Source: Gracilinanus agilis
Lineage: Eukaryota
DNA: 64,000 nt
Assembly (NCBI RefSeq): GCF_016433145.1
Contig: NC_058133.1
Location: forward strand, 190,701,949 to 190,765,948
Reading direction: 5' to 3'
The notes beneath the pieces are model-generated. The model saw only the letters and a program-made list of their open reading frames with translations. It had not been told where the DNA came from and made no database searches. Made by a program: the position numbers and the translations under genes. This document shows positions 29,746 to 49,688 of the stretch, in pieces; within the stretch, counting starts at the first letter, position 1, and every line of letters starts with the position of its first letter.

Positions 29746-30710
29746 AAAAGTGAATGATTGGGCTTAGATAGAGAAGGATTAGGGGAAGTATTCTAAAGGA
29801 GAAGAAGCCATGGAGAAGTGGTCCAGGGAAGCTAAAATCCAGCACCGAAGAGACAGCTCTCACAACTAATCAATAAACATTGGGTATTTCTCTCACATCT
29901 CATATCCCAGAACAGCATGGTGCAGTGGAGAAAAGTGGTCCAGTGGACAAGAGCCAGGGTCTGCCACCATCAGGGTGGTGGCAGTAAAAGGTGACAGCTT
30001 GGAGTCTGAAGACCCGGGTTTGAATCCTGATTCTGACATGTATTAAGAGTTTGGCCTTGGGCAAGTCATTTCCCTTTTCAAATTTCAATTTCCACACTAT
30101 TAAATGGAGGCACCAAGGTGATTTAATGGATAGAGCTCTGGGCCTAGAGTCAGGGAGATTTTCATTACTTTCTCTAGCGTATTTTTCATATAAGGAAATG
30201 CAGGCAAACAAGGTTAAGTGGCTTTTTTTCACATGGCTGGTAAGTAGCTGAGACTAGATCTGAACCTGGAAGATGAGTCTTCCCAACTTCAGGCCCAGCA
30301 TTCTGTTCTGCTCAACCTAGCTGTCAAGATAAAAGACTAAACTAAGATAAAAGTCCACACATAAAAGATCAAATATTTATGACATTAGGGTATTTGTTCT
30401 AATAATAAACAGATCATTCCAGATGGTGTACTTTATAAAATCTCTCTAAGTTGACATCAAACCCTAACCTTTTGTTTCCAGATACCACATGCCACACAAT
30501 TCCACTAATCAGCAATTATTTCTTGAGTATCTACTTTGTAGAAGATGCTGTGCTAGGTGATGTATGTTTGTGCATTGATAGGAAAGGAATGGAGGAGATG
30601 GGAAAAATTACTATTGAGGAGGTCATGATCTATTTGGGGCAGGACAGTCTCATGAAAAGCTAATAATACAGGGTAGTGCATTCCAAGTGTTAAGGGAATA
30701 GGATTGATTT

Positions 30711-30712
<2 letters not shown>

Positions 30713-30748
<36 letters not shown>
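30713..30748. repeat. (TG)n microsatellite
   Basis: Direct reading. Confidence 0.9.
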
Positions 30749-30753
<5 letters not shown>

Positions 30754-30978
30754 AGCTAGTTGGTATTGTAGATAGAGCATTGGACCTGGAGTCAGGAAGA
30801 CCTATTTTCCTGAGTTCAAATCTAGGGACACTTACTAGCTGGACAATCCTGGGTAAGTCACTTAAACATGTTTGCCTTAGTTTCCTCATATGTAAAATGA
30901 GTTGGAGAAAAAAATGGCAAACCACTCCAGTATCTTTGCCAAGAAAACCCTAACTGGGGTCAAGAAGAGTCAGACATG

Positions 30979-31116
30979 NNNNNNNNNNNNNNNNNNNNNN
31001 NNNNNNNNNNNNNNNNNNNNNNNNNNNNNNNNNNNNNNNNNNNNNNNNNNNNNNNNNNNNNNNNNNNNNNNNNNNNNNNNNNNNNNNNNNNNNNNNNNNN
31101 NNNNNNNNNNNNNNNN
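30979..31116. other. Assembly gap (138 N)
   Basis: N run. Confidence 0.99.
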
Positions 31117-32296
31117 TTGGGTAGGTAGTAACTAAACAAAATGGTAGATGGAAAGATAACTATAAGAGCTTTGGGAGTAAGACAAAAAGCACTGTGAGTG
31201 AGAATGATCAAGGAAGACTTTATAGAAGTTTGGAGTTTAACTGGAATTAAACTGAACCTTGAAGGATAGGTAGTATCTAGATATACAAGGAGGAAAGGCA
31301 GAGGGAATGGCATTTTGGGTAGGGGAACTGGCATGGACAAGGGTACAGGTAGAAGGCAAGTGGGCAGATAGACTAGTCTTGCTGGAACAAAAGATTCTTT
31401 GGGGTACTTATATTTTTTCATTCTAATTTAAACATTATTGAGATTAGTATTTTTATTTATTCAAAGAGAAAGGACAAATCAGAATTAAACTGAATAGGCA
31501 AATTATTGTTTTAACTCCATGTTTAAATTATTCACAAAAGTTTTGTATTTATCTTTTAAGAACTTATCAATGAGATTCGAGGTGTAGGTATCTCTTTTAG
31601 GTTAGTTTTTCAGCCTTTTCTCTTCATTGGGTTCACTGGCTTTGGACATTTAAAGTACAATTGGAATTTCTGATGCTAAAGGTACAGTAGTACAGTAGAA
31701 TAAACACTGGATCTGGACCTGGGTTTGAGTCTTGGCTCTCTGCTCCTTAATTAGTATCATCCCTTTGGCAAGTCACATAACCTGTCTGAGCTTCAGATTT
31801 CCTAATCAGCAAAATGAGAGGTTTGGATTAGATGATCTTTATAGTGCTAAATCTGTAGCTATAATTTAATCTTCAGGGGGGCTATTTGCAGGTCACTCAG
31901 TTCCTTTCCTCCTCTTCCTTCTTCTCTTTTCTGGTCATAATTATTGTTTCTATAAAACACTCAACTGGTTGTGGTCTTGGAGTCAGAACACCTAAAGGTT
32001 TCAGGCTTGAATCACCCTCTTACTTGGTGTGTGATCTTGGACACAACTGCTGTGGAACTCAGTTTCATGATCTGTAAGATGAGAAAGTTCCTACATCCTA
32101 TGACTTTGGGAGATATTCAGTGGTTATTAGGAGCCCAATGTGATTGTAGGACATCATTTCTCAAAGTATGGTCTGGAGACCCATTGGAGTCTACAAGGTC
32201 AAAACTATTTTCATTATAATTCTGAGATGTTTATTTCCAGAGAAAGAACTGATGGAGTCTGAATACAGATCAAAGTATACTTAAAAAAATGTTCAT

Positions 32297-32297
32297 T

Positions 32298-32377
<80 letters not shown>

Positions 32378-32750
32378 NNNNNNNNNNNNNNNNNNNNNNN
32401 NNNNNNNNNNNNNNNNNNNNNNNNNNNNNNNNNNNNNNNNNNNNNNNNNNNNNNNNNNNNNNNNNNNNNNNNNNNNNNNNNNNNNNNNNNNNNNNNNNNN
32501 NNNNNNNNNNNNNNNNNNNNNNNNNNNNNNNNNNNNNNNNNNNNNNNNNNNNNNNNNNNNNNNNNNNNNNNNNNNNNNNNNNNNNNNNNNNNNNNNNNNN
32601 NNNNNNNNNNNNNNNNNNNNNNNNNNNNNNNNNNNNNNNNNNNNNNNNNNNNNNNNNNNTCCTTCTTTCCTCCCTTCCTTCCTTCCTTCCTTCCTTCCTT
32701 CCTTCCTTCCTTCTCTCCCTCCTTCCCTCCCTCCCTCCCACTCTCCCCCC
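32297..32750. repeat. (TTTC)n ... (TTCC)n pyrimidine microsatellite spanning a 282-N gap (32378-32659)
   Basis: Direct reading. Confidence 0.9.
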
Positions 32751-33740
32751 CAACTTCATAGATAATAGGATAATATAGGAATATGTTTTGCATGACTGAA
32801 CATGTATAAGCTATATCATATTGTTTGCTTTCTCAAGATTTGGGGAGGTAGGGAGAGAATTTGGGATTCAAAATAAAAAAAAAGAATGTTAAAAATTGTT
32901 ATTAGATATTATTAGAAAAAATACCAAAAAAGTACAAAAAAGAAAAATGATACTAAGAAGTTCTAATTCTTAATAAAGTAAAAATCAACAGCTATAATTA
33001 ACCTAAACAAAGTTCTTTGAAGTTCTTAATAATTTTAAGAATATAAAGGGGTCTTGAGACCTCTCTCAAAAAAAATTTCAGAATGGCTGCTATAGGGTAT
33101 TCTAAGAATTCATTTAGCATAATTCAAGAACTATTCATTAAGCACTCCCTGTGTGCTAGGCTAGAGGTGGAAATAGGAAGACAAAATAAGTAGGACACAT
33201 TCTTTGTTCTCATGAAGTTTACTGTTTAGAAATAGCAGTGATTGATTAAAACACAGATCTTTCCATGTCAACTACCCTTCTGAAAAAAGTCATCAGTGGT
33301 TACTTATTGCCTCCAGGATAAAATATAAAATCCTTAGCCTATTATTTAAAGCCTTCCCCAGTCTGGCTCCCACCTACATCTTTGATTTTATTTTATATTA
33401 CTCCCCTTTCATGTACCCCTGATCTAGTCAAACGGGTTGGTTAGCTCTTCAGTGTTCACAGCATTCCATATCCCACCTGGTGGCTTTGCATTAGTGGGCT
33501 CCCATGTTATGAATGCTTTTCTTTCTCACTCTGTAGAATCCTTTGCTGTTTTTGTTTAATCATTTTTAATTGTGTCTTACTCTTTGTTACCCCCTTTGGG
33601 GTTTTCTTAGCTAAGGTACTAGAATGCTTCCTCATTTTCTTCTCTGGCTCATTAATAGATGAGGAAAATAAGGCAAACAGGGTTAAATGACTTGTCCAGG
33701 GTCACCCAATTGGGAAGTGTCTGAGGTCAGATTTGAACTC

Positions 33741-33992
33741 AGGTTTCCCTATTTCTTCCAGACTGGAAAAGCAGGGACTATCCATAGCAGCCTTATCTCA
33801 CTGATGATTGGTGAAGAAGTTTTAATGTAGTCAGTTTCTACCCTGAGTTGGCTTACCCCTCTATAGGCAGCCTGGTAGCCCTCTGTTTCCAGGAGCTCAT
33901 CACATCAGTGCCAAATCCAGTGGAGACACCTGACAAGTATAGCTCACTGTAGCTCAGAACTCAGCACCTAAACTCAGGGGATCCACCACCAG

Positions 33993-34052
<60 letters not shown>

Positions 34053-34290
34053 CACCTTCCGTCTTGGAGTCAATATTATGTATTGGCTCCAAGGCAGAAG
34101 AGTGGTAAGGGTAGGCAATGGGGGTCAAGTGACTTGCCCAGGGTCACACAACTGGGAAGTGTCTGAGGCCAGACTTGAACCTAGGACCTCCCGTCTCTAG
34201 GTCTGGCTCTCAATCCACTGAGCCACCCAGCCGCCCCCAGCTTCACTTTCTCGTTGGCTGAGATTATAAGTGTGAGCCACTGTGTCCAGC
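33741..34290 (-). pseudogene. 7SL (SRP) RNA retrocopy, near full length (Alu and S domains), split by a younger SINE
   Basis: The reverse complement is colinear with 7SL as I recall it: 5' Alu domain at 34237-34290; S domain (cccctctataggcagcctggt, gtggagacacc, tagctcagaactc) and 3' end (ctatttcttccagactgga) at 33741-33996. Confidence 0.8.
33997..34236 (-). mobile_element. SINE1_Mdo-like SINE with (GA)n tail inserted into the 7SL copy
   Basis: Full SINE body at 34047-34236, (TC)n at 33995-34046, TSD ccagcttc at 33989-33996 and 34237-34244. Confidence 0.88.
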
Positions 34291-34545
34291 TGGGCTTTGT
34301 TTCTAAAAAATAAACACATTTTGGAGGGTTTCTTTGTTCTGCTATTGCTTCTAGGGGAAGGGACCATTAAAGAGCTGAATTGTTGGTGTAGTTGCTACAG
34401 AGCTGGCTCCAGAGCCAGGAAGAGCCTAAGGTTCAGTCCCACCTCTCCTTCTCTTCTCTCACTGGCATTTAATCTCTTATTGCTCTAGGAAACTTTTTGT
34501 ATGATGCAGAGAAGGTACTGGACTACATTGAAAATCAATAGTCAG

Positions 34546-34945
34546 GGTAGTTGGTGACTCAGGCAATAGAGTGCCAGGCCTGGAACTGAGATGACCTGGG
34601 TTCAAATTTGACCTGGCAAGTCACTTAACCCTGTTTACCTATCTAGCCCTTACTGCTTTTCTGCCTTGGACCAATACTTAGTATTGATTCTAAGACAGAA
34701 GGTGAGGGTAAAATTAAACCAAACCAAACCAAACCAAAGCATGTCAGGGGCAGGTAAGGTGGCTCAGTGGACAGAGAACCAGGTCTGGAGATGGGAGATC
34801 CTGGATTTAAATTTGGCTACAGACATCTCCTAGCTGTGCACTGATTGGCAAGTCACTTAACCCCAAATGTCCAGCCCTTACCACTCTTCTGCTTTGGAAT
34901 CCATACTCAGTTTTGATTCTAAGACAGAAAGTAAGGGTTAAAAAA
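34546..34945 (+). mobile_element. Two adjacent SINE1_Mdo-like SINEs (about 34546-34710 and 34745-34945)
   Basis: Typical heads and caatact..ttgattctaagacagaa tails. Confidence 0.75.
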
Positions 34946-35557
34946 TACCACCCCCCCAACCCCAATAGCCAAATGCTTACTATGTGCTAAGCAATGGAGA
35001 TAGAAAGCAAGACAAAAACTAGACGTCTTCCCATGAGGGTAAGTGCTAGCTTTTTCACACTACTATAACAAGTGAGAGTATATGAAATCACCTATATACA
35101 GACAAGACATAAGCAGAGGGAAGGTGCTAGTGTTAAGGACAAGGAAGGCTTCTTACAGAAAGCAAGACTTGAGCTGAGTCTTGGAAGAAGCCAGGAAAGC
35201 CTAGACGCAGCAGGAAGGAGGAAAAGCATTCCAGGTGTGTGTGTGGGCAGTCAGTGGAAAGGTACAAAGCTGGGAGAGAGAGAGAGAGTTCTGTGTGAGA
35301 ATCCTGGATATTTGAGTACTCCTTAGAGGGGAGGAAAGTCTAAAAATACTGGAATGGCAAGGGGGTGGGGTGCAGATGTTTAGGAGCTTTAAAAACCAAA
35401 CAGAACATTTTATATTTAATCCTGGAGGTAATGGGGAACCATTGGAATTTACTGAGTTGGGAGGGAGATGTAGGGAGATCCATGCTTTAGGAAAATATCT
35501 GTGACAGCTGATGGACTAGAGTAGGGAGAGACTTGTGGCAAGAAGACCATCTTAGAG

Positions 35558-35756
35558 CAGTGATGGGCAAACTTTTTAAAGAGGGGAGCCAAAGGAAAGG
35601 AAATATGTCAGTCTGTTTCTAAGGCAACTCCTTCGAAGTTTCATTGTATTGTATCCTACTCATTGTATTCGTCAGATCAGGAATAATGTCTCCTGACCAG
35701 ATAGAACATTTCAGGGAGCCACATCTGGCTCGGTGGCCATAGTTTGCCCATCACTG
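35558..35756. mobile_element. Non-autonomous hAT MITE (second family), 199 bp
   Basis: Perfect 16-bp TIR CAGTGATGGGCAAACT / AGTTTGCCCATCACTG. 8-bp TSD tcttagag / tcttaggg. Confidence 0.9.
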
Positions 35757-38112
35757 TCTTAGGGGGTTATTGCAATCATTCAGGTGCACCAGGGTGGTGG
35801 ATGTGTGAGTGGAGAGAAGGGGGGAATATACAAAAGATGTGGCAAAGGTATAAACAAGACATAGAGTTAAGGTGGATATGGAGGGGTCAGTATGCAATTA
35901 GAGTTGAAGATGACTTGGAGATTGTCAGCTTGGGTGACTTGTCTTTGACAGTAACAAATAAATAGGTGAGTTTGGAAGAGGGGAGGAATTTGGGGAAAGA
36001 TAATGAGTTCTATTTTGGTAGAGGGAGTTTCCTGTCCCGAAATTCCTATATTTAGGAAATCACAAGTCTAGTCTTTGTTTCTGTCTTATTGAGAAGCTGG
36101 GATTTCTTATGACTTCCCTTTTCACCTTCCTCCAGATTGGAATAGGCAGAGGGGAGATGGCAAGATGATTAATGCTGATTCTCAATCCCCATACCTCATC
36201 CCTTCCTCTTCCTTTTGCTTCAGTGAAACCCCTTCTGAACAACTCACTCTTACCAGACAAGGAAATCTATATAAGAAGCTAATTCCTGTCCAAATTACTA
36301 TTTTCCCTTCACTTGGAACATTTGGTATGGAGGGTCCTGAAAGCAGAACTGACTTTTCCAGAACTCTTCCAGAATTTTCTCTGCCTTGATCTCCCAGGAG
36401 TACTGGAGAGGCCTCCAAGGGATGGAGAAGGAACTTGTTCTCACATGCATGGGGAATGAAAACAACTTCACAACTCTCAGCTCTGGCCTCAGTCTCAGCG
36501 GCGTCCTTTCACTCAGATATATTTCCAGTGATGAGAGGTAGCTGGCATTCACTCAAAACCTTGTGGTTGTGTTCGAGTGCTGTGGCACTCTTTCCCTGGA
36601 TCTCTGGGGCACAGGGATGACATGTTGATTCATGAGGCCTCAAACACTCCTTCAAATAGGGGGCTCTGGCCAAGCCCCTTTGGGAATGTGTTCGATGTGC
36701 TCAAAATTCTCCTAAACACATAACCGACAGTTGCTTAGTGATATGAGTCTCATCACAAGTCAGCGTCAAACCCTGCTTGGGGACAGATAGATGCCAGAGT
36801 GAGGCATTGGTTTTTCCATTGTTGGACTTTATAAAGCTCATCTTTGTGTTTGGATTGTCAACAGTGATTTGGTTTCAGCATCCTGGGATGAAGGGAGGGC
36901 TTAGTTTTAGGAAGAGAACATATGTCCTAAAAGCAATCCCTAACCCTATGATGAAATTAAATCATGAAATTAAATGGCTCAAGGTAGACTCCTTTCTCCA
37001 ATTCCATTATTTCCTTTCCATGCTGTTCCATTTTCAGTAGAAGAGACATAGAGGTATGATAAATAAAACACTGGACTCAGATGACCCTCTAGGTTTTTAG
37101 TTCTGATGTTGCTACGCGTAATCTGTGCAAACTGGGGCAAATCACTTTCCTCCTCTAGAAGCAACTATGTGGCTTAGTGGATAGAGCACTGGATGGGAGT
37201 TTAGGAAAACCTCAGTTCATTTCATGGTTCAGACACTTATTAGCTATGTGACTCTGGGCAAGTCACTTAAGCTTTTCAGTCTCCGTCTCTTTAACTATAA
37301 AACGAGGATGACAATAGTGTCTACCTCTTGGGGTTTTTGTGAGGATCAAGTGAGTTAACATGTAGAATTCTTTGCAAATCTTCAAACATAAGAAGCACTT
37401 AAACATCTTCTCTCTGTTTTGTCTCTCTGTTTTTCTCTGACTTTCACTTTCTGTCTTTCTAGCTGTCTCTGTCTCTCCATTTTTAGGTAGTATGGCCTCA
37501 GTTTCCTAATCTGTAAAATTAGAAAATTAGATCATCTTGAAGGTGTCTGATAGTTTCTAAGCTTCTTTTTAATGAGCTCTTCTCTTACCCTTGAAGTAGA
37601 TTGATTTTTCTGCTTTGGGTGGGGAAAAAGTCTTAAACGTAGAATTGGAAGGTTTCTTGGAGATTGTTTGGTTCAATCCTCTCAGTTTACAAATGACAAA
37701 ACCAAGACCCAAAGAGGAATGGTGACTTGCCTTAAGACATGCAGCTTATTGGTGTCAGAACTGTCACTAGAATCCAGGTTGACTCCTCGTTCATCATTCT
37801 CTCCAATACATCACACTGTCTTGAAACTTTTTAAACTTTAGTCACTTATATACTGTGGCAAATGTGTAGCTATATGTTGCAATTAAGTTCAGTAAAAATG
37901 TATTAGGTGTCCACTATGAGCAAGGTGCTACTGGGTACTGGGGAATTATAAGGGCAAAATGACAATAGAATTCTTACCTCTAAGGAATTAATTAAGGGGA
38001 AGATAATTTGTAAAGATATATAATAAATTTATCTATAACACAAAATATGAATAATAAATGTTTATATATAAATTATGTATAATATGTAAAATTTTATATC
38101 ATCTAACCATCC

Positions 38113-38113
<1 letters not shown>

Positions 38114-38160
<47 letters not shown>

Positions 38161-38170
38161 GTCTGTCTGT
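38114..38170. repeat. (TCTA)n/(TCTG)n microsatellite
   Basis: Direct reading. Confidence 0.9.
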
Positions 38171-38719
38171 CTAAGGAGGGAGAAAGTACTAACAAGTAAG
38201 AGGCAAAGAAAGATTTCCTATAAGAAGGTATCACATTAGTTGAGCCTGGAAGGAAACCGGGGAGTCTAAAAGACTGGGAAAGGGGTTAGGAAGAAATACC
38301 TTCTGGACAAGGGGCATTGCCTAGGCAAATATATGGAGGATGGAGATGATGTACTGAGTTTAGGCATTATTTTGCCCGAAAGTTGAGTACATAAAGGGAG
38401 TAGTGTGCAGTAAGTCTGGAAGGAAATAAGTACAAACCAGACCAGGAAGACTTTTCAGTTATCATGTAGAATCTCTTGAAGGGCTCTGATAAAAGAATAT
38501 CCATGACTTCAAGGAAGTAGTCATCTTAAATGATCAAATAGTGGGAGGAGAAGAATATATAGTTTCCCTTAGAAAGTGCAGGCATAAAGTAGAACCAAGA
38601 GAATGACTTACTAGATAACTACAATAACAGAAAGGTAAAAAATGAGAGACTTTGGGACTCTGATCGATTCAATGGCCAATCTTAATTTCGGAATAATCAA
38701 AAATTAAGGGTGGTTGGGG

Positions 38720-38915
38720 ATAACTGGGTGACTCAGTGGATTGAGAGCCAAGCCTAGAGATGGGAGGTCCTAGGTTCAAATCTGGTCTCAGAGACTTCCT
38801 AGCTATGTGACCCTGGGCAAGTCACTTAACCCCCATTGCCTAGCCCTTACCACTCCTCTGCCTTAGGACCAATACATAGTATTGATTCTAAGACAGAAGG
38901 TGAGGGTTTAAAAAA
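38720..38915 (+). mobile_element. SINE1_Mdo-like SINE
   Basis: Full-length head, body and A tail. Confidence 0.85.
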
Positions 38916-39761
38916 AAAGAATTAAGGTTGTCTAGGTGGCACAGTGGATAGAGTGCTGTCTTCTCGTCTTGAGTTTGAATGTGACCTCAGACACTTAATA
39001 GCTATGTGACTCTGTCTGGGCAAATCTTAAACCTGTTGGCCTCAGTTTCCTCATCTGTAAAATGAGCTGGAGAAGTGATATTAGTGTTTTAAAAAAGCAT
39101 CACTGAAACATTAAAAAATTTAAACTGATAGAAATCAGCATGAGTGATTTTCTTGTGAGATAATGTGCCATGAATAATGAAACTTAGCATTTATATAGAG
39201 TTTTAAGTTTTGCAAAGCACTTTACATATATTTTCTCATTTGGTCCTCACAACAACCCTATAAGATATATTCTACAATTATTTCTGTCTTATGGAGGAGA
39301 AAACTGAGACACAAAAAATTTAAGTGACTTACTGAGGGTCACATAGCCATTAAGAATCTGAATTAAAATTTGAACTCAGGTCTTACTGATTCCAAGACCA
39401 GTGTTTACCTTTGTTTTCCCTAGTTAGAGGTTCCATGAAGCCCAAGACATTTTCTGACCTTCCCCACCTAACTAAATCAGGTCTTGTCGTAAAAGAATGT
39501 CCTTAGAACAAGGGCCTGCTTCTGGGCTCCACTAGGTCATGGAAGAGCCTTCATCATCTCTTTTCCTTGCTCCTAAGGCTTCTACTTCAGTAAAACAAAA
39601 TGTTAGCTGCCAAGGAGATGTCCTGGTGGCTATTCTGGATCTGCTCTGAGACCCATAAAAGGAGAAAAAGTTGGTGAAAGTGAGAAACGGATACCCGTCT
39701 CTAGATCCTGGCTCCCACGCTCAGTTAACGAGCCTGAGGTCTGGGCTCTGATGACAGGCCT

Positions 39762-39985
39762 CTTTGAAGAATTAACCCGAGACTCTCATCCCAGCGACAT
39801 GGAGTGGGAGAGAGGAGTCTCGACTTAGCCGTCCACCAAACGGAGCGCGTTTTTATGAGGCGAGGCAATATTCACGGGCAGCTAAATAACAGGCTAATGA
39901 GATGTTCTGGGAGAAATTAGAATTAACTTTAATGAGGAGAAAACTCTTTGTAACATGCCAACGCCCACTGGATGGGGATATAAAA
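39762..39985 (+). promoter_or_regulatory. KRT35 proximal promoter: CTTTGAAGA 39762-39770, TTTTATGAG 39851-39859, TTTAATGAG 39928-39936, TATAAAA 39979-39985
   Basis: Motifs read directly. They match the LEF1 site and the TT(A/T)ATNRR HOXC13 sites described for hair keratins. Confidence 0.8.
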
Positions 39986-40052
39986 GCCAGAGCGAGGTGA
40001 GGGTTTTCAGGATCTGGGGGGACCTGCTTACGGGATCCACAGGCAACTTACA

Positions 40053-47069
<7,017 letters not shown>

Positions 47070-47205
47070 AGTCAGGCTGCTCCAAGAATCTTCAGGATCC
47101 TTGATTTTCGGGTATATGTTCGATAGAAAATGCTCAACCACAATCCTACTCTTGCAGGGGTGTAGCACAAAGTTCTTGGTCCTAACCCCACTTCTGGGGA
47201 GGATG

Positions 47206-47215
47206 AATAAATAAA
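47206..47215 (+). terminator. KRT35 polyadenylation signal (overlapping AATAAATAAA); a further AATAAA at 47406-47411
   Basis: About 140 nt after the stop codon. Confidence 0.7.
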
Positions 47216-47936
47216 ATATTTTCAAGATTATTCCTGATCAGTCACTAGGGCTGGTTTTTCTTGAAGGTCTCAGCTCCTGATCATTTCAGTGTTTCAATGG
47301 GTATCGTGGTCTTTGTTCTCAGGGTATCTCCTGTATCATATTTTGCTTCTGGATACTGTTCAAAACGGATACTGCAATGCACAGGAGTGCTTTTGTTAGC
47401 TGGCTAATAAAGGTGATTTTGCTCTGGCATCTCACACCCTGTCTTCACAGTGGCTGCTTTGTTTGTTTATTTGATTTATTCCCTAAGAGCTGCTTGAAAG
47501 CAGAAGGATTACTGCATTTGAACTGATGAATCTTGGAGCAATAAATAGGCAAGACAATTGGTCAAAGTGTCATGGAGGGGAGCCTGCCCTCTCTGGAGTA
47601 AGACCACTCTTGACTGTTCCTCTGTTGTCTTTCTTTGTCTGAAACTCAGCCTTTCCCCCCTCTGTCCAAATCAGTGTGAAAGAGTTTTAGTTTCTTCAGA
47701 CTCCCTTTCAGGGGACAACCTCTGGCTCAGGGTGGCTTGGACTCATCCCAGCGATAGTCATTGTATCTCTCTTTCAGAATAGCTGGAGTGAAGCGACAAG
47801 AGTTTAGTCATTCACAGGCTGTGAGAAGCACCTTTGCTTTTAGGTGGGAGAACAAATAGGAGGCTCATAGCAACTTAGGACCACAAGATACCAATGACCT
47901 TTTACTCTCGTTATTTCAGCGCTTAATGCTTTAGAG

Positions 47937-48129
47937 CAGTGATTCCCAAAGTGGGCACCACCACCCTCTGGTGGGTGCTGCAGCGATCCAGAGGGGCGGT
48001 GATGGCCACAGGTGCATTTATCTTTCCTGTTAATTGCTATTAAAATTAAAAAAAATTAATTTCCAGGGGACTAAGTGATATTTTTTTCTGGAAAGGGGGT
48101 GGTAGGCCAAAAAAGTTTGGGAACCACTG
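47937..48129. mobile_element. Non-autonomous hAT/Charlie MITE (OposCharlie-like), 193 bp
   Basis: Same family as 13903-14095. TSD ctttagag / ctgtagag. Confidence 0.9.
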
Positions 48130-48349
48130 CTGTAGAGGATGCTATGTCTCCATTTCATCTATATATGAGGTTTCCTATATATGAATAGAAATATAAATTT
48201 CATATATGTATAAATGGAGATATGACATCCTCTAAAGCATTGGGTATTGAGGTATATACACACATAAATATATATGTATATATATACACACACTGACATA
48301 TATATTAATATATATAATGTATACATGTACTCACATACATACATATATG

Positions 48350-48590
48350 GGAGCAGCCAGGGGGTAGAGTGGATAGAGCACTGGCCTGAAGTCAGGAAGA
48401 TCTGAGTTCAAATTTGGTCTCAGACACTTACTGTGTGACCCTGGGCAAGTCATTTAATCCTGTTTACCTCAGATTCTTCATCTGTAAAATGGGGACATAC
48501 AGGAGAAGGAAATGGAAAACTACTTTGGTATCTTTGCCAAGAAAATCCCAAGAGGTCACAAAGAGTTGGACACGACTGAGCAATAACAAC

Positions 48591-48625
<35 letters not shown>
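48350..48625 (+). mobile_element. CORE-SINE (Mar1-type) ending in a (CA)n tract (48593-48625)
   Basis: Head, CORE segment and tail aagagttggacacgactgagcaataacaac. Confidence 0.75.
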
Positions 48626-48627
<2 letters not shown>

Positions 48628-49029
48628 TTTAATGTTAAAATCACATATTAAAGGGACCTGGGTTGAGAGTATTAAGTATCAAGACGGGTTCTAGCGTCAG
48701 AGTCACCACTCAGTAGTTGTGTGACCTCAGAGAAGTCACTGTCACTTGGTCACAGGTAAATGAGGAAGTTGGATGAGTACTTCCTTCCATCAGTTTCAGA
48801 CAACCTACAAATCATCCCATTTCCATATTTTTTTTTCTCACTTTGGACTTTATTTTTCTACTAACAGTATGGAGAGAGTACTTTTCATATGCCATAAGAG
48901 AGCAGCACCTTTAATGCTCCCTAAGGTGTAGGATGTGAATTCAGTAGAAGGATGGAAAGATTCACTTTGGACTGCTATAGGAATGATTGCTAAATGTAGA
49001 GAATGAACAGTTTAATTCAATTAGCCAGT

Positions 49030-49624
49030 ATTTTATTTCCAAAACTCTCATTTTACTTTTTATTTACTTTTTTATCTTTTGTTTCATTCCTTTCTTTCTT
49101 TCACTTTTGTAGTCTTTATGGTCAAGTAATTTTTCTTTTCTCTTAGCCTCTACTTGTAGTTTTGGGGTTATTTTTTTCTTCTGCTTTTGTCTTTTGGATA
49201 TCTCTTAACCGGTAGTGTTTTTTGGGGTATTTTATTCTTTTTATTTCTACTTTCAGCCTCAGTTTTTTGATATGGAATTTTGTGATCAGGCCAGGCTCCT
49301 CCAGCCTTCTTAGATAGGTTGGGTTGGTCTTGTTTGGTCCTGTTCTCTATATAATCTCAGTGATACAGCTGGTTGGGAGAGGGTAGCTGGTACTAGGCTC
49401 CACCTTTGCCTGATTCTTGACTTTTGTCTTAGTCTTTTGAAGGCTTAGTGTGGGTTCAGTCCTTGACTAATCTCTCTTATTTGCATGATCCTCAATCTGG
49501 CCTGGCTCTGTCCTTTGCATTTCTAGACTGGATAGAGGGGCTTGTCTCTGATTCTTTTCCTGTTTCTTTATCAGTGGTTTTTCTATGGTTGTTTTCAGTT
49601 ATAGGGACAGTTTTCTTTAATTTG

Positions 49625-49630
<6 letters not shown>
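49030..49630 (-). mobile_element. Possible old L1 5'UTR/ORF1-start fragment, followed by (TC)n at 49631-49684
   Basis: Strong T skew on +. The reverse complement is A-rich and loosely resembles marsupial L1 ORF1 starts. Not verified. Confidence 0.3.

Positions 49631-49688
<58 letters not shown>

Noticed and set aside
32214-32793. Long ORFs of 158-181 aa
   Set aside because: Translation of (TTTC)n/(TTCC)n repeats and Ns.
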